Assembly: GCF_030028105.1 (NCBI RefSeq)
Contig: NC_092383.1
Location: forward strand, 87,377,921 to 87,441,920
Reading direction: 5' to 3'
Origin: Mobula birostris
Lineage: Eukaryota
Length of the DNA: 64,000 bases
The notes under the pieces are model-generated. The model ran no database searches and was not told where the DNA came from. It saw nothing but the letters and a program-made list of their open reading frames with translations. Numbering within the stretch: the first letter of the stretch is position 1; every line of letters begins with the position of its first letter. The position numbers and the translations under genes were made by a program. Positions 1 to 12,345 of this stretch are shown here, piece after piece.

Positions 1-59
1 TTCTATTCCTCAAACTGTGAACATTTGTTTTACTCATCAGCATCCAGTATTATTGGAAA

Positions 60-754
60 TGTAAGGGGGTTCCGACTTTTATGTTACTGCGGAGGCTAAT
101 TAAAATGGCGTCTTTGTAATGTTAATCTGGGAAATGTGGCTTTGTTGTGTTAAACGCTGAGAAAGTTTACGCTAGTAGCTTGTTTTTGCTTTAGAGTGTG
201 ATAAGAGAGTGCAATTAACCAATTGGGATAGTTGTTATGGTTTTGGTGTATTTGAAGATACTGTATGCGGGGGGTTTGGGGCAGAAGGCGGAAGAGCGAG
301 ACAGAGGATGGACGAGGTGCTGTGAGTCCGCTAACAGGGCCGGACCCCGAGCGGGACGTTCGGTGAGGAGACGGAGACGGACTCGTGTGGAGCGTCTGGT
401 CGACCACCGTTGTTGATCCCAGGCGGCCAGTCGAGTTGGTCCGAGGGGGTCGCAGAGTGAAGAAGAAGGTCCTTGAGCTCCAACGGGTTTTGTGCATGAA
501 GAGATTGAACTTTGATAAAAGTGGCGCCTTTTATTTTCCTTTTATATTTTATTCTCTCTTAATTATATAGTTCCAGTAATATCTATAAACTGTATATTAT
601 TTAATTGCATCTGGTGTATTGTCTGTTATTTGGGCGGGGTGGGGTACCTCACACAGCATCCACACAAATTACCCAGTTTGCCGGGGCTGAGGCTGTTTCT
701 CTAGACGACAGCGAGCCAAGTGACCCTGAGGGTGGCCGGGGTGGGGGGGCTACA
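60..754. mobile_element. Solo LTR (Gypsy/ERV-type) with 4-bp target-site duplication
   Basis: Starts TGTAAG (60) and ends GCTACA (754), giving TGTA..TACA termini. GAAA flanks both sides (56-59, 755-758). No internal coding sequence. Confidence 0.75.
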
Positions 755-784
755 GAAATAATTTAGAAAATGTTTAGCACACTT

Positions 785-960
785 GCAGAAGAGACGAGAT
801 AGAATAAGAGATCTCTCATCACTGCCTTCCAACATGGACTGAACGCAGGGGTCCAGCAGAACATCGTGACAAGCAGAACAGTCTGGATAACCTGATTAAT
901 TTGGCTATTTGAGTTGATGACCCGGTAACCGAGTGGCGCAGGGAAGAAAATGTCTCAAGC
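785..960 (+). mobile_element. Ty3/Gypsy gag relic
   Basis: Interrupted translation LAEETR*NKRSLITAFQHGLNAGVQQNIV...SLDNLINLAI*VDD resembles the retrotransposon-gag capsid pattern WN..L..AF..GL...L..LI.LAI..D. Confidence 0.45.
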
Positions 961-1046
961 TTCTTACAGTCTGATCACTCTCTTTCCTCACCCTCTCCCT
1001 CATCATCCACAGTCTCTTACAATGAAAGAACATTTATCATACACAG

Positions 1047-2200
1047 TGTCGCAGAATAAGTCTGTTTGATTCAGGTCACCGAGAAACAATGAACACGTTC
1101 ACAAGCACAGAATCAGTTGGTCAAACTTTAATTGATAGCTGGACAAACTGATGAAATTGACCAATCCCGTGATGTCTCATGACAAACCAATAAACAGTAG
1201 CTCAGTAGATAGGACACCTCCCCACCTGTAAGATTTTAGGGGAAACCAGCCTAATAATATTTCACTGGTTTTCTGGTCCGTTCTGATCTACGCAATCCAG
1301 AAACTACAGGATTCAGTGTTGTCCAGATTCGGTGCTTTCAAATGGGAATTCCACTTTGATAGGTTGTGGGGTTAACCTGTTGGGGCTAACTGATCTTGTT
1401 CGGCAACAAGGGATATACTTTCTGTTTCCTGATGTGGTCTAGATGTCGATGGCATACACTTCCATCCTCAAGCGCTGAAGTAACCTACTGGCCCTCTTTC
1501 AACACAACTTCTCCTTTCATCCACATTCAGCTCTCAGGATTTGGGTGAACATAAACTGGCTCTCCTGCCTCAAAGTTCCGATGTTCTGTTTTTGAATCGT
1601 ACCGCACTTTCATTCTGTTGTCTGTGTCTTACTTGGTTTTCCGGCGGAAGGCGCAGTAAATCCAATTGGGAACGCAACCTGCGGCCCATCAATAGCTCAG
1701 ATGAAACCTCTGGTGGTTTCTGGAGTTATCATGTACCTGAAAAAGACTGTTCATCCTGGTGTGTATGTCCACATTCAACTTTTGTATCCCCTGCTTGACA
1801 GTCTGAACAGCTCTCTCAGCCATACCGTTTGATGATGAGTGACGGGGGGGGGGGGGGGGGGTGAATGTTGAAATCAAATTCCATTGTCCTGTAAAAAATA
1901 ATTTGAATTCCACACTTGTAAACGAGAGACCATTATCATAGATCACAGTATGGAGGATTTTACGTGTACCTAATAGTAAGCATAAAAAATTTATCGTTGT
2001 GTTGGTCCATGTCATCACGGCTTTGGCATCATTCCATTTAGAAAGCGCATCGACGACAACCAGTAGCATCCGACTGTCCAATGGACCTGTGCAGTCTACA
2101 TATAAACATGTCCAGGGTTTGGTGGGCCTTGCTTGAGAAAGTGGAGCATTCAGTTGACTGATGCTGGAGATGAGCAATATTCATTTTATATTTAGATATT
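1047..2200 (-). mobile_element. Ty3/Gypsy integrase relic with PPT and short 3' LTR
   Basis: ORF 1689-2177(-) reads PWTCLYVDCTGP..LLVVVDALSKW..VIYDNGLSFTS.EF..HSSSNGMAERAVQTVK, an rve core with D,D,E. Downstream are a purine tract GTGGGGGAGG and a putative LTR at about 1047-1216. Confidence 0.85.
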
Positions 2201-2529
2201 CCTTTCAGCCGTGGAGTTGGCATCTAGTTTTCCTTTTGAGAGTTTCAGTAAATGGCACTGTTTGGCCTCATGTTTATTGTTTTCTTTTCCCTTCAAATCC
2301 TGTTTGTGTTAAAGTCTGTGAACTATTGACCTGCTTCAGTGTCTCTCTCTCTCTGCACTTTGGCCATATTCGAACATCGTGACAGCAAGTCTCAGACCAC
2401 CAAAGTGAGACCCAGCAGAGTAAAAACAGCTGATCTTGGCCCTGAGCTTCATTGGTCAGGCAGGGGACAAGCTACAGGTGATTGACTCTCTTCTGTGTGA
2501 AGCGACTGAAGCAATGAGGCAGATAATCT

Positions 2530-2620
2530 CTCAATCTCTCCCTCTCTCTCTCTCTCTCTCCCCCATTCCCTCCCCTCTCTCTTTCTCTCACCTTCTCTCC
2601 CTCTCCCTCTCTCTCCACAC
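2530..2620. repeat. (TC)n-rich microsatellite / low complexity
   Basis: Direct inspection of ctctctctctc runs. Confidence 0.8.
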
Positions 2621-4458
2621 TTGCGTGATATCCGAATGCAGTCACACCCCATCCAGAGTTTGTCTGACTGGTGTCAGTGGTTGCAGAATCAGGATTCATG
2701 ATATGCTCCAGCTGCTGATATGACCATCCACCACCAGCTCCCATGGCTTCACGTGACCCTGACTGAGGGTTACTGAGCAGGTGCTACACCTTGCCCAAGG
2801 GTGACCTCCACAGGGTACCAGAGGTAAGGCGCTTCTTACACTTCCTTTGGTGGAGAGGAATCTCCACCCCACCACCAGTGTATTAATGGATAAGCAAATA
2901 CAAGGATATTGAGGAATGTGAGGATGATGTTGGACCTTGTTGAGTTTGATCACTGATCATTGAGTGTGACTGAAGATGTAGATAAGGTGATTAGAAAGGC
3001 AGACAAAACAGCTTCCTTGATATGCACATTCCAAGGATATAGGGGAAGTGTGGTTATGCCCATGGCTTGAACACTGTGGTCATTTGTGGTCACCACATTA
3101 CCAGAAAGACAAGAATGCATTGGGGAGACTGCTGCCTGGGAATGAGTGCTTCACCCATTGGATTGATTGGATTGGCTGGGGTTAATTTGTCTGAAACTAA
3201 AGAGGCAAAGAGGAGACTTAATTGACTTGTGAAAAATTATAAAGAGCATCAAAAGTTTGAACAGGAATAATTGTGATCACTTAGATGAGGTGTTAAAAGT
3301 AGGGGTCCTGGGTTAAAAGTTATCTGTTGTTAGGATTAGAGGGGGAATGAGGAGAACACTTTTCTCCCAGGGAGCAGTAGTAGTAACATAATCACTCGAC
3401 TCATGTATGTCTATTGGTGGGTCCTCAGGTGGCTGCAGGATCCACATCATCACAATTCTGACCCCTACACCACTTGCTGTGTCAATCTGACATGACATGG
3501 TGGATTTCCTTAATGGAGGACACCTGTGCAGGATCTTGTTTAATGTAGGGAGGCTGATGCATGGCCAGCCACAACTTGGTCCTTGACAGATTTCGGTTTG
3601 GGTCCAATAGCATGGAATGCAAGATGACTGATGGACCCTTCACTACTGCCGCCTTCCTCCACCATCTCTGCCGTTGTGATGTCATCATCTTCCACTAGTT
3701 GCACCTTTGAGGTCTTCCTTGGATCCCTTGTTGTCTGCAACCCCCCATTGAATTTTCCACCAACGGAGACCAGACCAGGAGCTACCCCCTGGACAACATC
3801 ACTCACAAGTCTCTCCAACATGACAAGGTGACAATCCACCGAGAAGTGAGGAAGTGGTGCAGTTCTGGATCTCACTTCCTGAAGGGTTTGTAGAGGCAGG
3901 ACCTTCAGTACGAAAACAGAGCCTGGAAGGTGTATTTGAAGAGCCGTCACCTGCCAGGCAAAGGACCCAGGGAAGACCAGAACATTGAGTGCTTTTTCGA
4001 CCAGTACTGAATAGAGGGCTGAACAGCCTCCTACGTTGTAAATTCTATGATCCTGACCAGAAAAACAGAAGTGAAACTGGTTATTTTTATTGACAGGAAA
4101 TTCTGGTTACATATGTCAGTTTTCTTTTTTGCTAAGTTACGAAACCAGAATGTGTGAGGATTATTTTGGGGTTTAACATTTTCTGCATATATAGTACTTT
4201 GACATTGCCCTCAAGTTTTGAGCGAATATAAATAAACTATTTTTCAGATCACATCAGCTTTCACACTACAATGAAATCATCATGGAACAGTTAGACAGAA
4301 TGCATTACTTCTCCAATATGTGTAAATTCATGGCAACTGTTATCCCTTGTACTGGGATTTTATCTGCTGCAGAGAATCACACAGCACAAACTGGATAGAT
4401 CCCACTTCGAATAACATCTAAAGTTCTAACCAGGTAAACAGTGATAAGGTAGATTTAC

Positions 4459-5012
4459 AAACCCAAGAGAATCTATAGATGCTGGAAACCCAGAGCAACA
4501 GACAAAAAATGCTGATGGAATTCAGCCAGTCATGCAGTATCTATGGAAAGGAAAAAGCAGTTAAGGTTTTAGGCAGAGACACTTTTTCAGAACTGGATTA
4601 TCATGAAATATTGTGATATATTGTGAAAAAACTCACTCTACCTCACCACTTCTTCTATACCTCAATATGGCCTCTTAGCTCTTCTCAGATGCTTATCACC
4701 TCCCCCCGGGTTCTCTCCCACTCCTCTTCCTCTTATGGGTCCACTCTCTTTTTCAATCAGATCCCTTCCTCTCCAGACCTTTGTTTTTCCTATTCACCTG
4801 GTTTCACCTATCACCTTCGAGATATCTTCTTTCCCTCCTCCCCCCTGCATTTTATTCTGCTGTCTTTCCCCGTTCCTGCCCAGTCCTGAAGAAAAGTCTT
4901 GGCCCAAAACATCGACTGTTTATTCACTTCCATAGATGCTCTCAACTGCTGAGCTCCTCCAACATTTTGTGTACATTGCTTTGGAATTCCAGTATCTGCA
5001 GAATTTGTTGTG
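4459..5012. mobile_element. Two Penelope-like 3' ends in opposite orientation
   Basis: The left arm is the reverse complement of the ctgctgagttcctccagcattttgtg-type tail. The right arm carries a hammerhead-like motif at 4881-4918 followed by that tail. Confidence 0.7.
4881..4918 (+). ncRNA. Degenerate minimal type I hammerhead ribozyme (Penelope-associated)
   Basis: CAGTC-CTGAAGA-AAAG TCTTGG CCC-AAAA-CATC-GACTG. Stem I (CAGTC/GACTG) is intact and the core is mutated. Confidence 0.55.
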
Positions 5013-5834
5013 TTCATGTATTGTGGAAGTGGTAACTTTTATTAGCTGAGAAGGTGAGTGAAGGGATGTAGATTAGAGGTAAGGGTGTCTATAGGGGGAG
5101 ATAGATACTGTATATGTGACCTCTTCAATTTTTGTCCGGTATCATTCTGTGAGAAATACTTAAGTGACTCACACAGACCATTTCATGTCAAAATGGATTT
5201 GATTTGACTCAAGAACAGAGCTGATATGGATTTTACCACTGTGATAAAATCCATATCACCACAGTGCATGAATGTGTAATTCCAATCAGCTGTCCCCCCT
5301 CCCCCAACATTGAACTGAAGTAAAGTGAAATCCCATCATAGTTCTTGAAATTGCACTGACCAATGGAATATATTTCAGAAGAGGTGAGTTTTAAAGTTTG
5401 CTTCAAGGAACTGACAGAGCCTTTAGAGGGAATAAAGCCAAGTGTTGGATGCTGAGTACACATGAAAAGCTCCTTCTACATCACATCTGTGTCCTGCTTT
5501 GTTATTTCCTCAGTGGCAAGTTCTCCAAAACAGATTTGACTGAATTATCACCAAGATAGGTCCAGAAGGATGTACACACCCTGGAGTGCAAATCTATAAC
5601 TTCTTGAAGGTGGCAACGCCAACAGATGTAATGTCAGTGGTAGAACAGGCTGCAGTCTGGACTTAAGACAAAAAAATGTCAGGAAAGCATGTAGTGGCTG
5701 TATAAAACTTTGCTCTAGCCATATTTGGAGAATGTGGGTAGTTCTGGTTGCTGCATAACAGGAAGTATGTGGAGCCTTTAGAGTGGCTGAAGAGGAGTTT
5801 CACCTGCTTATATTTGCGATGACAGCTTTATAGA

Positions 5835-8170
5835 GTGGGCACAGAGTAGAGGGAGACAGAGTAGGAGGGCTTTGGCTCAATGGGCTTATGCAATAAGGAG
5901 TTGAAGCAAGGTAAGTTACTTGGGTGGAATAAGAAGTATCTCTGTGTGGCTGGTGTTCTGTACTGGATGTCAGATGTGGGATGTCCAGGAGACTCCCAGC
6001 CTTCCGGATGGCCACATCTGCGCCACATGCGTCGAGCTGCAGCTCCTTAGGATGCGAGTTAGGGAACTGGAGGTGCAGCTCAATGATCTTTGCCTGGTCA
6101 GGGAAAATGAGGAGGTGATACAGAGGAGCTATAGGCAAGTAGTCACACTGGGGCCTCGGGAGACATTTAAGTGGTAACAGTTAGGAGAGGGAAGGGCAAG
6201 AGTCAGATACTTGAGAGTATCCCTGTGTCTGTCTCTCTTAACAATAAGTGCTTCTGTTTCAGTACTGTTGGGGGGGGGGGGGGGAATGACCTAACGGAGG
6301 GAAGCAACAGTGGCCTTGCCTCTGGCACAGAGTCTAGCCCTGTGGCTCAGAAGGATAGGGAAAGGAAGAGGATGGCGGCAGTGATAGAGGACTTTATAGT
6401 TGGGGGTCAGACAGGAGATTCTCTGGATGCAGGAAAGACACATGGATGGTAATTTGCCTCCTAGGTCCAGGGTCTGGGATGTTTCTGATCACGTCCAGGA
6501 TACCCTGAAGCGGGAAAGTGAATAACCAGAGGTCATGGTACATATTGGTACCAATGACAGAGGAAGGAAAAGGGAGGGAGTCTTGAAAACAGTCTACAGG
6601 GAGTTAGGAAAGAAGCTGAGAAGCAGGACCTCAAATGTAGTGATCTTGGCATTACTACCTGTGCCACACGACAGTGAGTATAGCAATAGAGTGAGGCAGA
6701 GGATAAATGCATAGCCGAGGGATTGGAGCAGAGGGCAGGGATTCAGATTTCTGAATCATTGGGAGCTCTTTTGAGGCAGGTGTGCACTGTACAAAATGGA
6801 CAGGTTGCACTTGAATCCGATGGGGAACAATATCCTGGCAGGAAGGATTGCTAAGTCTATTGGTGAGAGTTTAAACAAAAGTTGCTGGGGGGGTGGGAAC
6901 CAAACTGAAGGGACAGAAGAAGGGACAGTTGTCTGACAAATTGAGAAAGCTTGTAGACAGTGTGAGAGGGAGGATAGGCAGGTTATAGAGAAGGGATGTG
7001 TTCAGTCCGATGGCTTGAGATGTGTCTATTTGAATGCAAAAGGCATCATGAACAAAACATATGAGCTTAGAGCGTGGATCAGTACTTGGAGTTATGCTGT
7101 TGTGGCCATTACAGGAACTTGGATGGCTCAGAGGCAGGAATGGTTACTTAGAGTGCCAGGCTTTAGATGTTTTAGAATGAAAGGGAGGGAGGCAAAAGAG
7201 GTGGGGGTGTGGCACTGCTGATCAGAGATAGTGTCACAGCTGCAGAAAAGGAGGAAGTTATGGAGGGATTGTCCATTGAGTCTCTGTGGGTGGAAATTAG
7301 GAACAGGAAGGGGTCAATAACTCAACTGGGTGTTTTTTATAGACCACCCAATAGTAACATGGACATCAAGGAGCACTTAGGGAGACAGATTCTGGAAAGG
7401 TGTAATAACAAGAGGGTTGTCGTGGTGGGAGATCTTAATTTCCCAACTATTGATGGGCATCTCCCTAGAGCAAGGGGTTTAGTTGGGGTGAAGTTTGTTA
7501 GGTGTGTTCAGGAAGGTTTTCTGATACAATTTGTAGATGTGCCTACAAGAGGAGAGGCTGTACTTGATCTGGTATTGGGAAAAGAACCTGGTCAGGTGTC
7601 AGGTCTCTCAGTGGCAGAGATTTTTGGAGATAATGATCTTAATTCTATCTCCTTTACCATAGCATTGGAGAGAGATAGGAACAGACAAGTTCAGAAAGCA
7701 TTTAATTGGAGTAAGGGGAAATATGAAGCTATCAGGCAGGAACTTGGAAGCATAAATTGGGAACAGATGTTCTTAGGGAAATGTACAGCAGAAATGTGGC
7801 AAATGTTCAGGGGATATTTGTGTGACGTTCTGCATTGTTTGTTCCAATGACAGGGAAAAGATGGTAGGGTACAGGATCTGTGGTGTACAAAGGCAGCAGA
7901 AAATATAGTCAAGAAGAAAAGAAAAGCTTACGAAAGATTCAAAAAACTAGGTAATGATAGAGATCTAGAAAATTATAAGACTAGCAGGAAGGAGGAAATT
8001 AGGAGAGCCAGAAGGGGCCATGAGAGGGCCTTGGCGAGCAGGATTAAGGAAAACCCCAAGGCATTTTACAAGTATGTGAAGAGCAAAAGGATAGGACATG
8101 AGAGAATAGAACCAATCAAGTGTGACAGTGGAAAAGTGTGTCTGGAAGCGGAGGAGATAGCAGAGATACT
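5835..8170 (+). mobile_element. CR1 LINE, 5' part (ORF1 zinc finger and SGNH esterase; ORF2 APE endonuclease), 3'-truncated
   Basis: ICATCVELQLLRMRVRELE (ORF1). Esterase-like VHIGTND and LHLN remnants at 6500-6850. APE motifs CVYLNAK, VVAITGTW, GVFYRPPN, VVVGDLNFP and LDLVLG at 7015-7850. Many stops and frameshifts. Confidence 0.9.
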
Positions 8171-9804
8171 GTAGCTCCCTTCATGTAGCCGCTGAGAGGC
8201 TAATTGTACATCCACGGGTTACAGTCACATGTCAACTCGAAGAGAAGTAGCAACTTCTATTTGCAGATTCACACTCCACTGACCATTGCAAGCTGCATCA
8301 AGCTGTAACCACTCATTTTGTCAATGTCCAACTTTTAATTCCATTGTTCAATCATTTTTAAGACCTTTGAATATTGACTGGAAATGTACCCAATTTCAAT
8401 CATTTTTAATGTTATGTTGATCAAATTGTTGCATCATTCTCAGAAAAGAAACTTAAATTTATTATTAAAGTACATACTACATTTGTCACCATATACTATC
8501 CTTACATTCATTTACTTTTGGGCATTCATTCACAGTGAATACAAAGTAACACAACAGTATCAATGAAAAAGTACCCATGAACGGACTTCCGGTATGGCGC
8601 AGGTACAGCCAGTAGCATAATCAGTAAGGGCTCCCAGCTGGTCTTATTTCCCCCTAAATAATGAACGGTTATTTAAATAGAAAATAGTGTCTTGTAGCAT
8701 GAAAGGGGGAAACAAAAGAAAGATGAGGAAAACCGCAACAAAACCCAAAGAAAAGGTATAAAATACCGACTGACGGCGAGGACACTGACGACGGCTCGAG
8801 CAATCGAGCTGAACACAAGGATACAGAGGCTGTTCATGATAACATCATGGCCAAAATAGAGACGCTTCGGTCGGACATGATAAAAGAACTGAGTGATACC
8901 TTGGGTTTTCTGAAGAAGAAACTGGTGGATTTTCAGAGAAGAAATTAACCAGAAGCTGAATGCTATTGTTGGTGATTTAAAAGAAATAACGGGTAGAGTT
9001 GAGGATATGGAGCAAAGGGTGGCAGAAGTGGAGGAATGGAATGCCGAAGCCAGGGAGGTTCATTTCCACACACTGGAACTTCAGGAGATCATTCAAGCTT
9101 GACTAATGGACCTGGAGGTGCGTTCACGGAGGAATAACATACATATGGACGGAAATTCCGAGTGGGTGGAAAGAGACAACATACAGGAGTTTCTGGAAAA
9201 ATGTATTAAAATAGAGTTGTTCCTTCCCGATGCCGCCCTCAGCAGACAACGCTGCCATTGATCTCTTGGATTCAAACCACCACAAGGTTCCAACCCAAGG
9301 TCCGTGGTTATCTACTTTCTGGAGTATAAAATTAAAGAGTTGGTGCTTCGCTCTGCTTGGAAAAAACGAGAGATTTATTACGACGGGAAAAGAGTATTTT
9401 TTGATCAAGGCTACCCGACCGAAATACTTATGAAAAGAATAGCTTACTCCACCATCAGAAAGACGCTTAAAGAAAAGGGGCTCCGGTTCCAGACTCTTTA
9501 CCCAGCCAAACTTCAAGTGTTTTTTGACACTGGACAAGTCATCTGCAATAACGCATCGTAGGCGACAGAAGACTTGAAGAACAGAGGAATTTTTCCCGGA
9601 CTGTCCCTGAATCGTGGCTTCCGTGGAAGGCACGGCCACACGAAACTGAGACAACTTTCCTGGGCGGCAGCTTCTACAAAATCCCGCTGGGACCGAGAAA
9701 CACATCTGAAAAGCATCCAGGACAAGCTAAAGGAATTTCAACGCAACAAAGATACTGCGTGAGAGCTCTTAAAGGTATAGTGATAAAATATCCATCAGCC
9801 AGGT

Positions 9805-10322
9805 CGGTCAGCTGAGAAGATTATTGGGGTCTCTCTTCCCACCATCACAGACATTTACACCACACGCTGTATCCGCAAAGCAAACAGCATTATGAAGGAC
9901 CCCACGCACCCCCCGTATAAACTCTTCTCCCTCCTGCCACCTGGAAAAAGGCACCGAAGCATTCGGGCTCTCACGACCAGAATATGTAACAGTTTCTTCC
10001 CCCAAGCCATCAGACTCCTCAATACCCAGAGCGTGGCTTGACACGAACCTACTGCCCTCTACTGTGCCTACTGTCTTGTTTATTATTAATTATTATTTAT
10101 TGTAGTGCCTGCACTGTTTTGTGCACTTTATGCAGTCCTGGATAGGTCTGTAGTCTAGTGTAGTTTTTGTGTTTTTTCTTACATAGTTCAGTGTAGTTTT
10201 TGTGTTGTTTCATGTAGTACCATGGTCCTAGAAAACATTGTCTCATTTTTACTATGTTTTGTACCAGCAGTTATGGTTGAAGTGACAATAAAAAGTGATG
10301 ACTTGACTTGACTTGACTTGAT
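9805..10322 (+). mobile_element. Rex1/Babar-type LINE 3' fragment nested between L1 ORF1 and ORF2
   Basis: Encodes IYTTRCIRKANSIMKDPTHP..LFSLLP.GKRHRSIRALTTR.CNSFFPQAIRLLN. AATAAA is followed by a (GACTT)n tail at about 10298-10320. Confidence 0.8.
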
Positions 10323-12009
10323 GTACCTTAACACCAAACTATAATTGACTTTGTATTAAGAACTTAAAAATAGAACATAAACAATCTTTCCTCTGTAAGC
10401 TCTTATTACTATAACTGACCACAAACCTGGGAGCTGATGTTTGATTTCTGTTTTTGTTTGTACACAGTCCTGATTTCAATTATTCAGAGGCATCAACCTG
10501 CACTAGGAGGTGCCCCTTCGGGTTTAAGGGCTCCCCCCTCCACCCCCGACTTAGAAGTTTAGTTTAAACTTCAAGGATGGAAGTCACAGATGTTATATGT
10601 CTTGCTTATATGTTAAATGTTAGTGTGTTGTACAGACAGAAGTTCATTTGTTTAGGTCATCTAGGGATATTTAACTATTTATATAAACCCTTTTTTATTG
10701 GTGTGGAATGCCATAACAAGAATACAGAGTAATCACCCTTAATATGAATGGGTTACAGAACCCAATCAAAAGGAGTAAGGCTATAGCTAAAATGAAGAGA
10801 GAAAACCAAGATATAATTTTTTGGCAAGAAACTCACCTTTCAAAGATTGAACATGAGAAGTTACGCAAAATGAGATTTAAAAATTGTTCTTACTCTTCTT
10901 TTGAGAGGAGAAATACAAGGGGAGTTGCAATATTAATCTCAAATAAAGTAAATTTCCGGTTTTTCTCGCAGATTACAGACAAAGAAGGGTGTTATTTACT
11001 GGTGAAGGGTTTTATTGATCATAAAGAATTTACACTACTGAATGTTTACAGACCACCAGGAAATGATAAACAGTTGATTAAGATGGTTTTTAATATGATA
11101 TCTATGGAAACATCTGGTGTGGTAATGTGTGGGGGGAACTGGAATATTCAATTACATCCTTCCCTGGGCTCCTCAAATAGAACAAAAAAGATAAACCCAG
11201 AAAAATTACACGTCAAGAAACTGCTCAAAGAAATAGGCATGATAGATATATGGAGTGAGTTACACCCACTTGATAAACCATTCACCTTTTTTTCTCACAC
11301 CCACTCCGTGTGCTCAAGAATTAATTTTTTTTATGTTCAATTCAGAGAGACAAAGGATTGTAAAATGCGATATAGGGGTAAGAGACAACGCTGACCACAC
11401 AGGGGTTTACTTAACATTACATTTGGACAACAAATGCAAAGATACCTTGTGGGACTTAATACAAGTCTTTTGAATGAACCCCTATGTTTAAACTACCTAA
11501 AAAAAGAGTTTGAAGATTATATGATATATAATGATAAGGAGCGGTGTCCCCCAGCACTCTGTGGGATGCTGCAAAAGCTGTTATTAGGGGTAAACTCATA
11601 AAGTAGTCAGCTCAGAAGAAAAAGGAAAGAGACAAACAAATCAAGGATCTTAGTGAAAAATTACAATTTTTGGAGAGTAAGCATATGGAGTATAATGACA
11701 GTAATGTCTTGAGTCAAATTCTGGATACAAAATGAACTCTATAATATTTATGAAAGTGAAGTTGAGAAGAGAGCTAAGTTTGTTAAACAAAATTTCTATG
11801 AGAATGGTCCGAAATCTAAGAAATTACTTGCATGGAGAGTACGTAAACAACAGGCTGAGAGATCTATACATAGGGTGAATGACACCCTGACTAATAAGAT
11901 GCTTCACAAATTGGAAGATATTCAAAAATCTTTGGAAACGTACTGCACAATGTTATACGCTCAACCCAAAGCTGCAGAGTTAGCAGACATATCTAATTTC
12001 TTAACGTCC

Positions 12010-12345
12010 TTACCACAGTCCAACTCTGAGTCCGTCCGAAAACTCTGAGCCTCCGACCAGCTCTCCAACAGCGAGCACCATCTCTGCCGAGTGCTTGGAC
12101 CCCGGCCCCTTCAACAGGCAATAGGCAAAGCCGAGGATCTGGGGCCTTCTCCTCCGGAGATTCTCGATCGCACAGCAGCAGCGAAGCAGACATTACAGAA
12201 GTTTCTCCAGATGTTCCTCGGTGCTTCTCACGGCTGTCTCCATCAAATCAGGAACGTGCACGGCATCCTACATCACAAATACGCTATCAATTCAGAGCGG
12301 CTGCGAGCGCTGCATCGCGCTGCCATCTTCTCCTCCCCTCCTACA
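12010..12345 (-). mobile_element. 5' part of a non-autonomous retroelement inserted in L1 ORF2
   Basis: Clear homology to 32340-32690. It begins AAGATGGCAGCG on the minus strand and replaces the N-terminal part of the L1 RT. Confidence 0.65.

Noticed and set aside
3400-3960. Overlapping ORFs 3482-3688, 3540-3950 and 3631-3831
   Set aside because: No recognisable motif or splice structure. Probably a decayed repeat whose family I cannot assign.
4081-4105. Similarity of ttatttttattgacaggaaattct to the sequence before leader D (about 60975-61000)
   Set aside because: Short, AT-rich and acceptor-like. The flanks do not extend the alignment.
5239-5290. CACTGTG/CACAGTG heptamers as V(D)J recombination signals
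   Set aside because: No nonamer at a 12- or 23-bp spacing, and the V exons here end in splice donors, not RSSs.
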